Below, piece after piece: positions 50,230 through 61,703 of a stretch of DNA of 64,000 nucleotides. A program made the translations under genes and the position numbers. The DNA comes from Stegostoma tigrinum (Eukaryota): contig NC_081381.1 of NCBI RefSeq assembly GCF_030684315.1, positions 27,965,811 to 28,029,810 on the forward strand, given 5' to 3'. The notes under the pieces were generated by a model. It was given only the letters and a program-made list of their open reading frames with translations, was not told the DNA's origin and did no database searches. Within the stretch, counting starts at the first letter, position 1. The number at the start of each line of letters is the position of its first letter.

Positions 50230-51300
50230 TATACTTCAGGTGGCTGCGAGGCCATCTGAAAATGGCTCAGGGAGTTTAGTCCAGTCAAGATGACTGCCTG
50301 TCAACAAAAAGGTACTAATGATGTTAGAATATGATGAGCGGTTTAAGACAGTCAAGTTGGAACATTCAGGATTGACTGACAGGGGCCATGAAGATGTAGG
50401 CTAGAGCTATTTAGACCCACTGTAGTCCACTTTTGTGGCAGGACTAAAGCCTGAACTAGCCAAAATGTTGGTCGTAATAAAACCAGACTGGGACAGATGG
50501 GAACCATTTACGAGAACTGGTGGAACAGTGTGATCTTATGGACAGACATGCAAGCGAAGGTGAGGACGATACATGTCACTGGAGGGTGACATGCGGCAAA
50601 AGCAGAAAAATGACCCACCAAATGTTACTGTTGTGGGAAAGAGGAGCACTGGACTGAGACATGCTGAACTAAACAACGGGAAAAGCGAACTCGGGCAGTG
50701 AAAGGCAACTGCCGACTCAGGGTCAACGCCTCCCCTATTAATAGACGGTATCAAGAACATGACAGTCGAGCAGCAGAATGAGATGTTGAATATTATAAAA
50801 GACCAGACAGCACCCCTCTCCCTCGCCATACTCCTGAAGGCTCTAATACAATGAGGAGATGGAGTTTGCATCCCTACAAGGACGGACAACCGAGAAATAC
50901 CAAGAAATCTTTTGGATATCGGAGCAGAATTAACTGTTTACTTCTCTATGGAAAATTACTACCCCTGGATGGGAAAACACAAACAGCACAAGGAGTGGGA
51001 GGCGAAAGTCTCACTCTTAACAGAACACATCCAGTGCTCATTGAATTGGGTCTGCGTGAATTAATGACCTCGGTGTGGGTAGGACCGATGGAACAAGCTC
51101 TCCTGGGAATGGACATTCTGATCTAGGTAAACTCTTCCTTGCACTTTGACGATGGTAAAGTGACCTGGTTGACAAGATGCATGAAAAAAGGGTTAAGAGA
51201 CCATCCAATCTGTGCAAAGGATAAGGACTATTGTGGCTTGCTCCAGATGGAACCAGCATCATTCAGTGGAGTTGCCCCTTCATATACCAAACAATACCCC
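50230..51300 (+). mobile_element. Degenerate LTR-retroelement/endogenous retrovirus gag-protease-(RT start) relic
   Basis: FVAGLKPEL (50432-50458), LDIGAELTV (about 50912-50938), LLGMDIL (about 51100-51120), KQYP (about 51289-51300); stops and frameshifts. Confidence 0.65.
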
Positions 51301-52262
51301 TAGAAGATTTGAAGCTCGGGTTGTGGGTGAAGTTGCAGACTTGCTCGCCGAGCCGGTGGGTTTGGTTGCAAACATTTCGTCACCCTGCCAGGTAACACCG
51401 TCAGTGCACCTCCAGTGAAGCATCTGTGTTCTGTCCCGTTATTTATATGCCTCAGTTTGCTGGGGTGGTTGGAATTACTTCTGATTCTGTTTCTCAGTGG
51501 TTTGTACACAGGGTCTAATTCAATGTGTTTGTTGATGGATATTCCGGTTGGAATACCAGGCCTCCAGGAATTCCCTAGCACATCTCTGGTTGGCTTGTGT
51601 GATTACGGATCTCTTGTCCCAGTCAAATTTGTGTCCCTCATTGTCCGTGTGTATTAAGACAAATAAGACTTGGTTGTGTTTTTTGGTGGCAAGTTGGTTC
51701 TCATGTATCCATATCGTCAGTTTTCTTCCAGTCTGGCCTATGTAGTGTTTCCTCATTGTCCTGGCATGGTATTTTGTATATTACACTGGTTTTACTGGTT
51801 TTGGGTATGGGATCCTTTATGTTCGTCAGTAGCTGTCGTTGGGTGGTTGTTGGTTTGTGGTTACACTGATACCTAGCGGTCTAAATAGACTTGTGGTCAT
51901 CTCTTAAACATCCTTGATGTATGGTAGGATGATTAGAGAGCCCGGTTGTATTGTGTCATCCTGTTGTGGTCTGTCACAGAGGTAACAATGAAATGTGCTT
52001 TTTGGGTATCCATTCCTTTTGAAGACTCCATAAAGGTGTTCCTGTTTTGCTTTGCATCGTTCCGGGTTGCTGCAATACGTTGTGGCTCATTTAAATAGTG
52101 TCCTGATGCAGCTCTGTTTGTGGGCGTTGGGGTGGTTGCTAGTGTAATTGAGTATCTTGTCCATATGTGTCATCTTCCTATATACGCTAGCTGTTCCCTG
52201 TTGTTTTTGTATTCTGCCATTACGTCCAGGAAGAGTAGTCAGCTGTTGTTACCTTCTTCTTC
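51301..52262 (-). mobile_element. Penelope-like element 3' fragment (RT C-terminus, GIY-YIG, terminal repeat)
   Basis: KHYIGQTGRKLTIWIHENQL...AREFLEAWYS; terminal sequence homologous to 33700-33770. Confidence 0.8.
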
Positions 52263-52489
52263 AACATGACCAGACTTACTAATCACCCTACTGTACATCA
52301 AGCTGTACCAAAATAAAGTTATATCTAAATCTACCACTGGACTCTCATTGGAAAAATATAAGACCTAACATTCTGTCAGAATTAACAGCCACTTAATAAT
52401 AAGAAGCCATCCCACCCCCACCCTCAACAGCTATTAAAATACTGACACCATCTGTCAATTTTTGTCCTCAAGGCACAGAAATACAAGAG

Positions 52490-52900
52490 CATGGAGTTAC
52501 ACTAGAATGTATAAAATGATGGTTAGCCAACAATTACTGCACGGAATATTCCAGGTCAACATATTATAGGATAGATGTGATTGCATTAAAGAGAGTGCAT
52601 AGGAGATTCACCAGGATCGAGGAAAATTGAATCATCTGGAGTGGATTTCCAAAGTGAGCAGCAAAGGTTGGGAGGGGACCTGATAGAGGTATGTAAGACT
52701 GTGAGGGGCAGAAATAGGGTAGATAGGAAGGCACATTTTCCACTAAGCAATCAATAACTCAAAGGCATAACTAAAAGACCAAAGGGAGATTTGAGGTGGT
52801 TTTTATTCACTGGGAGGGTAGCATGAGTGTGAAATTCAACACTCAGAAGAGTGTTTGAGTTAGAAATTCTGACATTGAGGCAGCACTTAGATATTCAGTA
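52490..52900 (+). mobile_element. CR1 LINE fragment (old)
   Basis: GAGAGTGCATAGGAGATTCACCAGGAT...GGGGACCTGATAGAGGTATGTAAG. Confidence 0.65.
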
Positions 52901-52914
52901 AATTAAGGCAAAGA

Positions 52915-53280
52915 ACTGAGGATGTTGGGAATCTGAAGGAAAGACATCAATTGTTGGAGAAGCTGAACAGTTCTGGCAGCATCTGTGGAGAGAAAGCAGT
53001 GTTAACTCTGAGTCCATTGACCCTTCTGCAGAATTGAGTAATGTACTAAAGAAGAGTCACCGGACTGGTTAACTTTGCTTTCCCTCTACAGGTTTTTTTT
53101 TATTCATTCACAGGATGAGGGTGACACTGGCTAGGCAGCATTTATTGCCCATCCCTAATTGCCCAGAGAGCAGTTAAGAGTCAACCACATTGCTGTGGGT
53201 CTGGTGTCACGTGTAGGCCAGACCAGGGAAGGATGGCAGACCTGCAGAGTTTGTCCAGCAATTTCTATTTTGCTTTTAAC
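52915..53280. mobile_element. Degenerate hairpin-type Penelope-derived element with a nested SINE fragment; related copies at about 13485-13605, 18610-18800, 39575-39680, 45845-46050 and 55915-56050
   Basis: GCAGCATCTGTGGAGAGA...GTTAAC followed by an inverted GTTAAC...CTCTACAG, sharing the layout of the hammerhead-bearing termini. Confidence 0.5.
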
Positions 53281-54169
53281 ATTCACTTGCGTTGCAATAG
53301 CCTCCAAGGCTATGAGCCGTAAGCTGGAAAATAGGATTCTAATAGGTTTTTTTCCTGCAGTCAGATTTTTCTCAACTGGTGCAGGCGCAGTGGGCCGAAT
53401 GGCCTTCTGTGCTGTAAACGTCCATGCGTTTCTCTCTATTACAAATAATTATTCAAAAGATTTAGTATAAATCATGTGTATGTGTAGGGTAGGGCTAGGA
53501 GGATGTATGGGGTAGGGCTGGGAGGGTGTGTGGGGTAGGGCTAGGAGTGGTAAGGGACCTTCAAATCTCCGGTTAATCAACTGGTGGAGAAAACATGTTC
53601 ATGATTTTACTCAGCGCAGAAGTAGAGCTTAAATGAATGAAGCCTTCCACTCCCACCACGTACAATTACCAAATCGCAATACTACCTGAGAGTCTGGAAT
53701 GAAAACTGAACTAGGGACAAGGGATATATCCAGTGGCTGCAGGAATATAGGGAGTTAAATCTTGGCGATAGAGTTGGAAATGGGCGGAAATCAAATGGGC
53801 TCAGAACCAAAACAGAGATTGAGCCACTGACTCCATTACAACTCGGGCCCTCCCATTCCACTCTCCCAGCCTTTTGGGAAACTGCTCACCCCTCCCCCAT
53901 CTATTTCCACGTCAGCACCTTCACCCACCCCCGAAAAAAACATGACCCCAAACAGTAATTGAACAAAGATTCAGGAGAAAGTAGCCACAGATTCCAGCCC
54001 TGATCACTGCACAGTCGCCCCCGATGTTACAGACCCCATTCTCCATATTATTTACTAAACAACTAGGTCACTTTTGTTTGAACGCCCTGGGTCTTTATGC
54101 ATCCCCTCCTCCGGCATTTAATCCAGCTGGGGCCCCAAGACGCTCCTCTTCAATCACTCATTTACTTAG

Positions 54170-54915
54170 CCCTTACAACCGCGCTCCCCTTCTCTAAACT
54201 CCTCTTACAACCCCCCCCCCATCACCTCCGCCCCACTCTCAATCGACCCCGTTCCTACTCATCCCCACACAGTTGCATCGTGGTTTCCCTGCATCCCAAA
54301 AAGCGACGCTTCTCCCGTCTTTACAATGTTTCTCGACAGCACCCCTCCCTCCTTATCTCCCCCATTCCATCCCCCCTCGTCCACTTTCCCATCCCTCTCT
54401 CATTTCCCCAACCTTTCATTAACCCTCTTCTACATTTCCCACCATCTTTGCCCCCTCTTCATCTGCTCTATGCCCATTCCACTCTCAACTTACCCTTCCA
54501 TAACCCCTCAGTCCTATTTTCCCCATATCTTCCTTTTCTCCCCATCCTTTTTCCTATTTACTCCCCTATTCCACTCGTCCCCTCTTCACATCCCCTACAC
54601 CACTCCCCATCCTATTCCTTTTCCCCTACACCAATCCCCCTCCCACACCCCCCTCACCTCATTTAAATCCCCTCATCCCGCCGTTCCTCTCCCCTCGTCC
54701 TCCTCATTCATTTCCCCCATCTGCCCTTTCCACTCTCCCTCAATTCCCCATTCCACTCGCCCTTCTCAACTCCGCTGCCTCTCTCATGTGCCTTTTCCCT
54801 CATCCTGTCCTTCTCCGTTTCTCTCTCCATTCTACTCTGCCCCCTGTACCTGAACCTCCGCGCTACTCTTATTTCTCCCCAAAGGATTCCGCCTCCCTCT
54901 CTTCCCGCAGTCTTG
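54170..54915. repeat. Long low-complexity polypyrimidine (+) / polypurine (-) tract in PLOD1 intron 1
   Basis: Almost G-free C/T-rich sequence for about 700 bp. Confidence 0.8.
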
Positions 54916-54922
54916 AAGATAC

Positions 54923-55034
54923 CTTTCGGAACCGGATTTTCCCGAGTTTCACTTTTACAAACGCGAAATTGGGAGGTTAAAATCAGGGCCGGTAGGATCA
55001 GAAACAATGAGCAAACTCTTCGAACGCAATCCAT
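54923..55034 (-). CDS. PLOD1: PLOD1 exon 1 (signal peptide)
   Basis: MDCVRRVCSLFLILPALILTSQFRVCKSE...; hydrophobic core; donor AAG|GTATCT; phase 1 joins exon 2 in frame. Confidence 0.8.
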
Positions 55035-56084
55035 TGCTTAATTCTGTATTCTCTCTCTCAATCCTTTCTTCTCGACTTTCCTTTTCAGAGCTTAAACTGG
55101 GCCCAGGGCTACAGCATCGCCTTCCATAGGGCAGCGCGTCACTTTAAACAGGCCAGCCCCTCTTCCCAGGCTCTCCCTACTGCCCCTGACTCACGTACAC
55201 ACAGACGGTGCACATACTCAACATAAAGACACACACACACATAGATGGAGCTACTTAATTGGTTCGAATCTTCTGCTGTGTTGCTTTTCCCCATCACTAT
55301 TCAAAAACCTTTGGATCAGAGCTTGGGAAAATCAATCAGCTTTATTTCTCCCGATCAGTGTCCAGTGATCCCTGGTTTAGAGAGAGAGGACATCAGATAG
55401 CTCTTCTGCTCCTCATTGCTGTCTAGTAATCCATAGGTTAGCGAGGAGAAATCATTCCTGCTCCTAACCTCCGTTCAACGATGCCTGGACAAACGGCTCC
55501 CTGACCCTGAACACACTTGCCACATTTGGCTTAGGGAAATGGTATGTAACCTGGGGGGTGGGTTAGAGAATGAGGGGAAATCAACCGAGATGCCTGCTGT
55601 AGATCACTATCTAGTAAATTTTGATCAAAGGGAGGGGATAGTATCAAACGAGGCTCCTTCCCCTTATCACTGCCAGTGGACTCTCGCTGAAAGTTAGTAA
55701 CGAATTCTGCCCCAGATCATTAACACTTTCTGCCCCAGATTTCCTTGTGGGAAATCAGCCTAGGTTCGTGTTCCTGATCATCACCAGTGAGTAGGTGGAA
55801 GAAGTGTATAGAACTGTTTACAGCAAGAATCATTAAACTTCAGGGGGGATACTAGCAAAAAATACCAGTGTCAATGTGGCTCTTGTCCAGCATTAGCAAA
55901 TTCCTTCACACCTGACAAAAACCGAAAGGACTGCGGACGTTGTTAGTCAGGAACTAAACAGAAGTTGCTGGAAGAGCTCAGCAGGTGTGGCAGCATCTGT
56001 GGAGAGAAGTCAGAAGTTAACGTTTCGGGTCCGGTGACCCTTGCTCAATATTGTTTTTGACTCCTCAGGCCTGGACCTTGTTCA

Positions 56085-56600
56085 TTCGTGAGCGCTAGGG
56101 GGCGTGGGCAAGTCTGCGCGGGCCAAAGAAGTGGAATCCCTGGGACGATGTCCTAAGGGGGCGGGACCACGGCGGGGGCGGGCGTTGTCTGAAATGTGGG
56201 CGGGATCATAGCGGGGATTCGTGAGGGACGTGAACCGTATTAAGGGCGGAGCCCTGAAGGGCGCGCGGTCATCATTGGAGGGCAGTGTCACTCAGAGGAG
56301 CGGTCGGCACTGGAAGGCGGGGTTCTGAAGGAGGGTTAACTGTATTGGGCAGGGTAGTCATGGGGCGGGGCCCGGGTGGGGCATCGTAAGGATGGGGCGG
56401 GGCCCAGTGTTCGACTGTGTTCGTATGAGGGCGGTGTCACGAGGTGGCGAGTCAGGATGGGCGTGGCCTTTGCGCTCGGAAGGCTCCCGTTTTCTTTTAT
56501 GCGGAGGCCGATCCCAAGCTGTCGCAAAGTAAGCTGGAAATATAATGACAGTTCCGGGTAAATCTCACCGATGGCAGAAAATCCGACAGACGGCACTGTC
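56085..56600 (+). promoter_or_regulatory. CpG island with multiple GC boxes; KIAA2013 promoter and probable non-coding exon 1 (donor GTAAGC at 56529)
   Basis: Several GGGCGG/GGGCGTG boxes at 56098-56405; ATTGG elements; AAA|GTAAGC donor. Confidence 0.65.
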
Positions 56601-57304
56601 CTGTGAGGGTGACAGGAGCGAGTAGAATCAGAGTAGGAGTAGATATTGGCTGAAAGAGGAATGGATTTTTAACTGACGTGCAAGCAATTAGAGCTGAGAA
56701 AGGAAATTCCGACTTTAGAATAGTGAGATGAGAAAGATTGAGAACAGAGCAAGAGAGAAATGCTGGAGGAACAGCTAGAGTGAAATACTGATGCTGACAG
56801 AGATAGAAGTGAATTGAGTGGGAGACTCAGGAGGGAGGGAAGGAAAGACAGAGAGAAAAGGAGCAAGGGGATGAGTGAAAGGGGGACAGATGGTGGAACA
56901 AAAACAGAGACTGCAATGTACTGGAAGAACGAAAAATTAGGACTCAAAATTACTTGGTGTGGCTGTCAGAGGGCGTGTTTTCTTGTACCAGTTCCAGAGA
57001 AGGAATTAAATTGATGTAACTGGATGGGAAGTGGATAATAATGGGAAGATAATACAGAAGGTAAAATGGCAGGATTGACTTCCTAAGTAGTATAATTGGC
57101 ATATTGTGGAGAAGTTGTGCAATTGAAATTTAAAATAGGAAGACAACAAGTTTTGTGATGTGTTTTTCTCCTGCACTGTTGCCCTCTTCTGAGACCCATT
57201 AGAAAAAGAAGTTTTTGGAAGCAGAGAGACTCTGCAGGACGAGTCAGCACTTCAATAAGAAGCTGGAAGACAAAGGACGAAGGGAAGTTTTTAGTGGCCA
57301 AAGA

Positions 57305-58274
57305 ATGTGGTTGCAGCAGCGTTTGAAGGGATTACCAATGCTCCTTTCAAGTAGCTGGGCCAGAAGAATGCTGGTGGGCCTAGGTATCCTGTTGATCTTT
57401 TACTGGTACCTGGTGTCAGAAAGTGGGTTCAGGTTGTTTCCTGGCTCTGAGGATGCCAAGACAGTGACAGACAGTTGTCTTCAGGTAGAGACCCAACAAT
57501 GGAAGGCAGCTGTAGAGAACAGCAATGGCCTGATGAGTGTTATTGGTGGAGACAACACAGGACAGTTATCTGGCCCAGCTGTGGTTGGCAATGGTCATTT
57601 AGTTGTGGATGCTCTCTCCAATCAGCTTTGGGTAGCATCAGCTCCTGCCTCAGGCCTTGCTGCCATCCACCTGACAGATTATGTGCCGTTGGTGGTTTTG
57701 AAATCACTCGGTGTTCGTTCAGTATCTAGAGCTGCACTCATCCACTTTCAGGAGGGACTGGTTCGGTTGTTCCAGTGTGTACAGGTCGGACTATCCCACA
57801 AATATCGGGAGTGTATCACTGTTCGTGAGGATGTGATTGTGCATCGGAGCAGGCCCCACCTTATACTGCAGAAGATTCACATTTCCAACCCCAGTGACAG
57901 GGCTACAGTCTTTGAAGTCAACAGCAAACCGTCCATTGTTGGAAACAAGTTTTCCTCGAGCCTAGAGAAGCACAATGACCAGGAGTTTCTACTGTTATCG
58001 GGGAGAGTTCTGACAGAGGAAAGGGAGACTATTCTAGTGGTGGTGGCCACAGAGAAAATGGCCAACAGGCTGCAGTTAGCAGCAAAGTCTGAATTCACTG
58101 AACATGTGGTATCAGTAGTTTACACGCTTCAGTTAGTTGACTTAACAAAGTTGGAAGAATCATTTAGTAAACTGAGAGATGCAGCAAAATCAGAAATGTC
58201 TGAGCTGCTGAGAATGGGAGCAGAAGAACTGTATCATGAACATCAGAAAATGTGGGGTGATTTAATAATCTCAG
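57305..58274 (+). CDS. KIAA2013: KIAA2013 first coding exon (970 nt)
   Basis: MWLQQRLKGLP...SSSWARR matches the KIAA2013 N-terminus; TM segment; donor CAG|GTAAGC. Confidence 0.93.
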
Positions 58275-59099
58275 GTAAGCTACTGTGTGCAGTTAAGATT
58301 GATCTTCTTTGTGACCCCTCTAATATTTCAATAATGCATTGATGTGTAGGGTCTAGACTCTCTCAGAACAGATGTTGTGTTCCTGGAAATGAGGGACGAT
58401 ATTTATGAGAAAAAAGCCAAGAACCCTTGACCTGACCTGTATTGAGATATCAGTGTATCACACCAGATTCCTCCTCCTGGAATCTTAGTTATATTTATTT
58501 TCTGCAGAATTTCACTTCAGTATCCTTAAAGCAGCTTGATGATCTGAAACATTAACACTTTTCAGTTTCTACAGATGCTGACTTGCTAGGTGCTTTCAGC
58601 ATTCAGTTTTTAAAAAAAATTGTGTCTCCAATCTCTGCAATATTTTGTTTTTGTTTCATCTGGCAATTAATCAGTCTTTCTAGTGTTTTTTTTTTCACTC
58701 TTAATCTTGTATGGGATGTGGGTACTGCTGGCAAGGCTGGTGATTGTGGCCGATGCCTAATTCACCTGAACTAATTAGTTCTGTAGAGCATTTCAGAGGG
58801 CTTGTTAAAGTCAGCCATATTATTGTGGGTCTGGACCCTTGTGTAGGCCAAACTGGATAAGGACAGCACACTTCCTTCCTTAAGGGACTTTAGTGAATCA
58901 GGTGGGTTTTTACAACAATCAACAATGGTCACCATTATACTAACTTTTAAAGTCTGACTGTATTGAATTCCAATATTAAATTCATCATTAGTGAAAATTT
59001 AACCCATCTTCCTAGAACATTAGCTTGAGTCTTTGGATTAGTGGTCCAGTGATCATGTGTTTCTGATAAAGACGTTGGAGTTGGGTTTTACCCCCTTTT

Positions 59100-59270
59100 A
59101 GGTCTGTTTAAGGCTGAGATGTATAAACTTGTGATAGACAAGGAAATCAAGGCTTATGAGGTTCAGATGCAGATGTGGAGCTGAGACCGCTATCAGATTA
59201 GCTATCATTGTATTGAATGGTGAAGCTGGTTGAAATAGCCTGTTCCTGTCCACAAGTCCTCTATTCCTGT
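59100..59270 (+). mobile_element. CR1 LINE 3' fragment
   Basis: TTTAAGGCTGAGAT...AAGGAAATCAAGG...ATCAGATTAGCTAT...GAATGGTGAAGC. Confidence 0.6.
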
Positions 59271-60174
59271 ATTCTGCTCTGAGCTGAATCCATCCTTCAA
59301 GTTGGATTGAACTATTGACACTGATCCAAACAGCCAAGCCATTGTTGGCATGATCAGCTTTTTACCAAAGCAGGGAGAAACAATGATGTTTTGCAGTGAG
59401 TCAACACATGGATCTTGGGCAGGAAGCTATTAAATCAGCCTTTGGTGCAGAGCCTTGGTGCTGGTCAATGAGTTTGCTTCTGAGACTCTGGAAATAGGAG
59501 TTACTCTCTTTCCCCTTGGACCACTAAGACCAACTCTGCATCACCTGCAGCCTGCTCCATCCCTGAGGTGCTTTTGTTGAGTTATAATTATTTGACCTCT
59601 TCGACCCATTGCCATTTGTTGTGCGGATTAGTCTTTCCAAAGTGAGTAAATGCCACTTTAGTGTATTCATATTCTAAGAGATCTTCAAGATTCACTTCCT
59701 AGTCTGTGCTGACGCAAACTCTCAGTTACTGTATAGAGTGTTATTGATAATCCCACTCTGTGTGCATTTCAGTATCATTGTGACATCTTTGTACAAAAAT
59801 AACACCTTGTGGGTGGCAGGGAGGGGTGAGGTGGGTAGGACAGGGTCAGACATAAAAGTTGCCTGATGGTTGTAATCATGATCATGGCTATACCTGCACT
59901 ATCACATTGCCATCAGCATGCCTCCCTCTCATCCTGCTCACCTCTCACTCTTAATTCCCTCATCAATCCACCCACTCCTATTGCTTTTGCTGCAATCACC
60001 TTAGTCATACTTTGCTCGATCTCTTGCCTCACTATGCTCCCTTACACCTTGATCTGGACCATGCTGACCCAAGGTACTAGATTCACCTGTGGATATCAGT
60101 TTCCCCTGGGGCTGAGGGGATGAGAGTGAACCTTGCCCAAGGTGTCCACAATGAGTTGCCTTTTTTTGTTCCAG

Positions 60175-61034
60175 GTGTGGAGATGAAGAAGATCACCGAC
60201 TCGCACACCCCTTCCAGCGTGACTGTGAATAGAACACTCTTCTATGTTCTTTCCATGTCAGTGGCTCCTCTGCTGGATTTGCAGAGTAGAGCTGAAGAAC
60301 GAGAGAAGCTGGAGGCCAACTTGAATTATGCAGATCATTGTTTCAGTGGTCATGCTACAATGCATGCAGAGAACCTGTGGCCTGAGCAGATTTCTGATGT
60401 AGTTCGCTTGCTGCAGCTCACCAATCTGTGGAGACTCACACTGCAGAAACGAGGCTGTAGGAGCCTGTTGGCAGCTGGCTCCCATGGAATGCTTCAAGGG
60501 ATGGTCATGAGTTTTGGGGGCCTACAGTTTACAGAAAACCACCTGCAGTTCCAGGCTGATCCCTCTGTCCTGCACAACAGCTACCTGCTGCGAGGAATTC
60601 ATTACAACAAGGACCTTATCAACCTGGCAGTGTTACTGGATGGAGATAACAAGCCTTTTCTTCATGTCTCTGTCAAACCTCAGGACAAACCAGTCAAACT
60701 GTACGGCTGTGAGGCAGGCTGCATGAACGATCCAGTGGAACTGACCTCTGAGCTTAAAGGTCACACATTTCCTGTCATGGTAACACGCCCCATCACTCCC
60801 TTACTGTACATCTCGACTGACCTGACTCATCTGCAGGCACTGAGGCACACACTCCACCTGAAGGCAATCCTTGCTCACGAGGATCACATGGCTGAACAGT
60901 ACCCAGGCCTCCCCTTCCTCTTCTGGTTCAGTGTGGCATCACTCATCACCTTGTTCCACCTCTTCCTCTTCAAGCTCATCTACAATGAATACTGTGGCCC
61001 AGGCGCCAAGCCCATATTCAGGAGTAAGGTATAG
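60175..61034 (+). CDS. KIAA2013: KIAA2013 second coding exon (ends RSKV* if unspliced, 609 aa total; donor AAG|GTATAG after 61028)
   Basis: VEMKKITDSHTPS...HCFSGHATMHAENLWP...LPFLFWFSV...EYCGPGAKPIFRSK; acceptor TTTTTTTGTTCCAG. Confidence 0.93.
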
Positions 61035-61667
61035 ATCTTCCGTGGACTCCCCATCTCTCCTTGCTCACTGGGAGCCATGCTACGTTGTGACTCTTGCACC
61101 TTTCTCTGAGATGGGAGCGCTGTGGGTCTGTGGTGATAAGAGGTTTATTTTGCTTTCTGGTGAGACCTTTTAACTTTTATCCCCAGCACAAGGACCCTAG
61201 TTCAAACTTGGAACAGTATGCTTCCTGACAGAAATCAATTTTTTTTTTCGTTTGCACTACAAATTTTAGATTGAGCAAAATCAAAGCTTATGTTTGTGTG
61301 TGTGTGTGCCCGCGCGCCTGGCTCAGTTATACCCACTGAGAAATTATCAACACAATACATGATAAAGTAGCTTTATCGGAGCTCATTGTTTTAAGTGTGG
61401 TATCTGCACAGAGTGCAGGTGAAGGGGGTCCTCCCTGCTTTCTCAGCATTACGTTTTGGGGGATTTGATGTAAGGGGAGATCAAATGAGGTGTATAATTT
61501 CCAAGTGATTTGAAGCAGTATCCAAAGTGAGGAATTACTTTGTATCACCAGTCACTCTTAGTGGCTCTGAAGGTGAACGGTGGGAGCTTGAGTGGGTCTA
61601 GGGATGACAGCGCAGAATGGGATCTGACCATATGTAGCAGTTAATTAACTGTTGTCTTTTCCTTCAG

Positions 61668-61703
61668 TCTGATCTGAAAGGGCGCTGCTTTCAGCTTAGT
61701 TGA
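61668..61703 (+). CDS. KIAA2013: Candidate alternative terminal coding exon of KIAA2013 (SDLKGRCFQLS*)
   Basis: Branch-point-like TTAAC, pyrimidine tract TGTTGTCTTTTCCTTCAG, phase-0 compatible with the donor after 61028. Confidence 0.35.
   Translation, partial: SDLKGRCFQLS

Noticed and set aside
54097-54853. 189-aa and 175-aa Pro/Leu/Ser-rich ORFs
   Set aside because: They are by-products of the C/T-rich tract, which is depleted of stop codons; no recognisable domain.
57215-57304. N-terminal extension of KIAA2013 from the TTG in the ORF track
   Set aside because: The conserved start MWLQQRLKGLP is at 57305; there is no upstream in-frame ATG.
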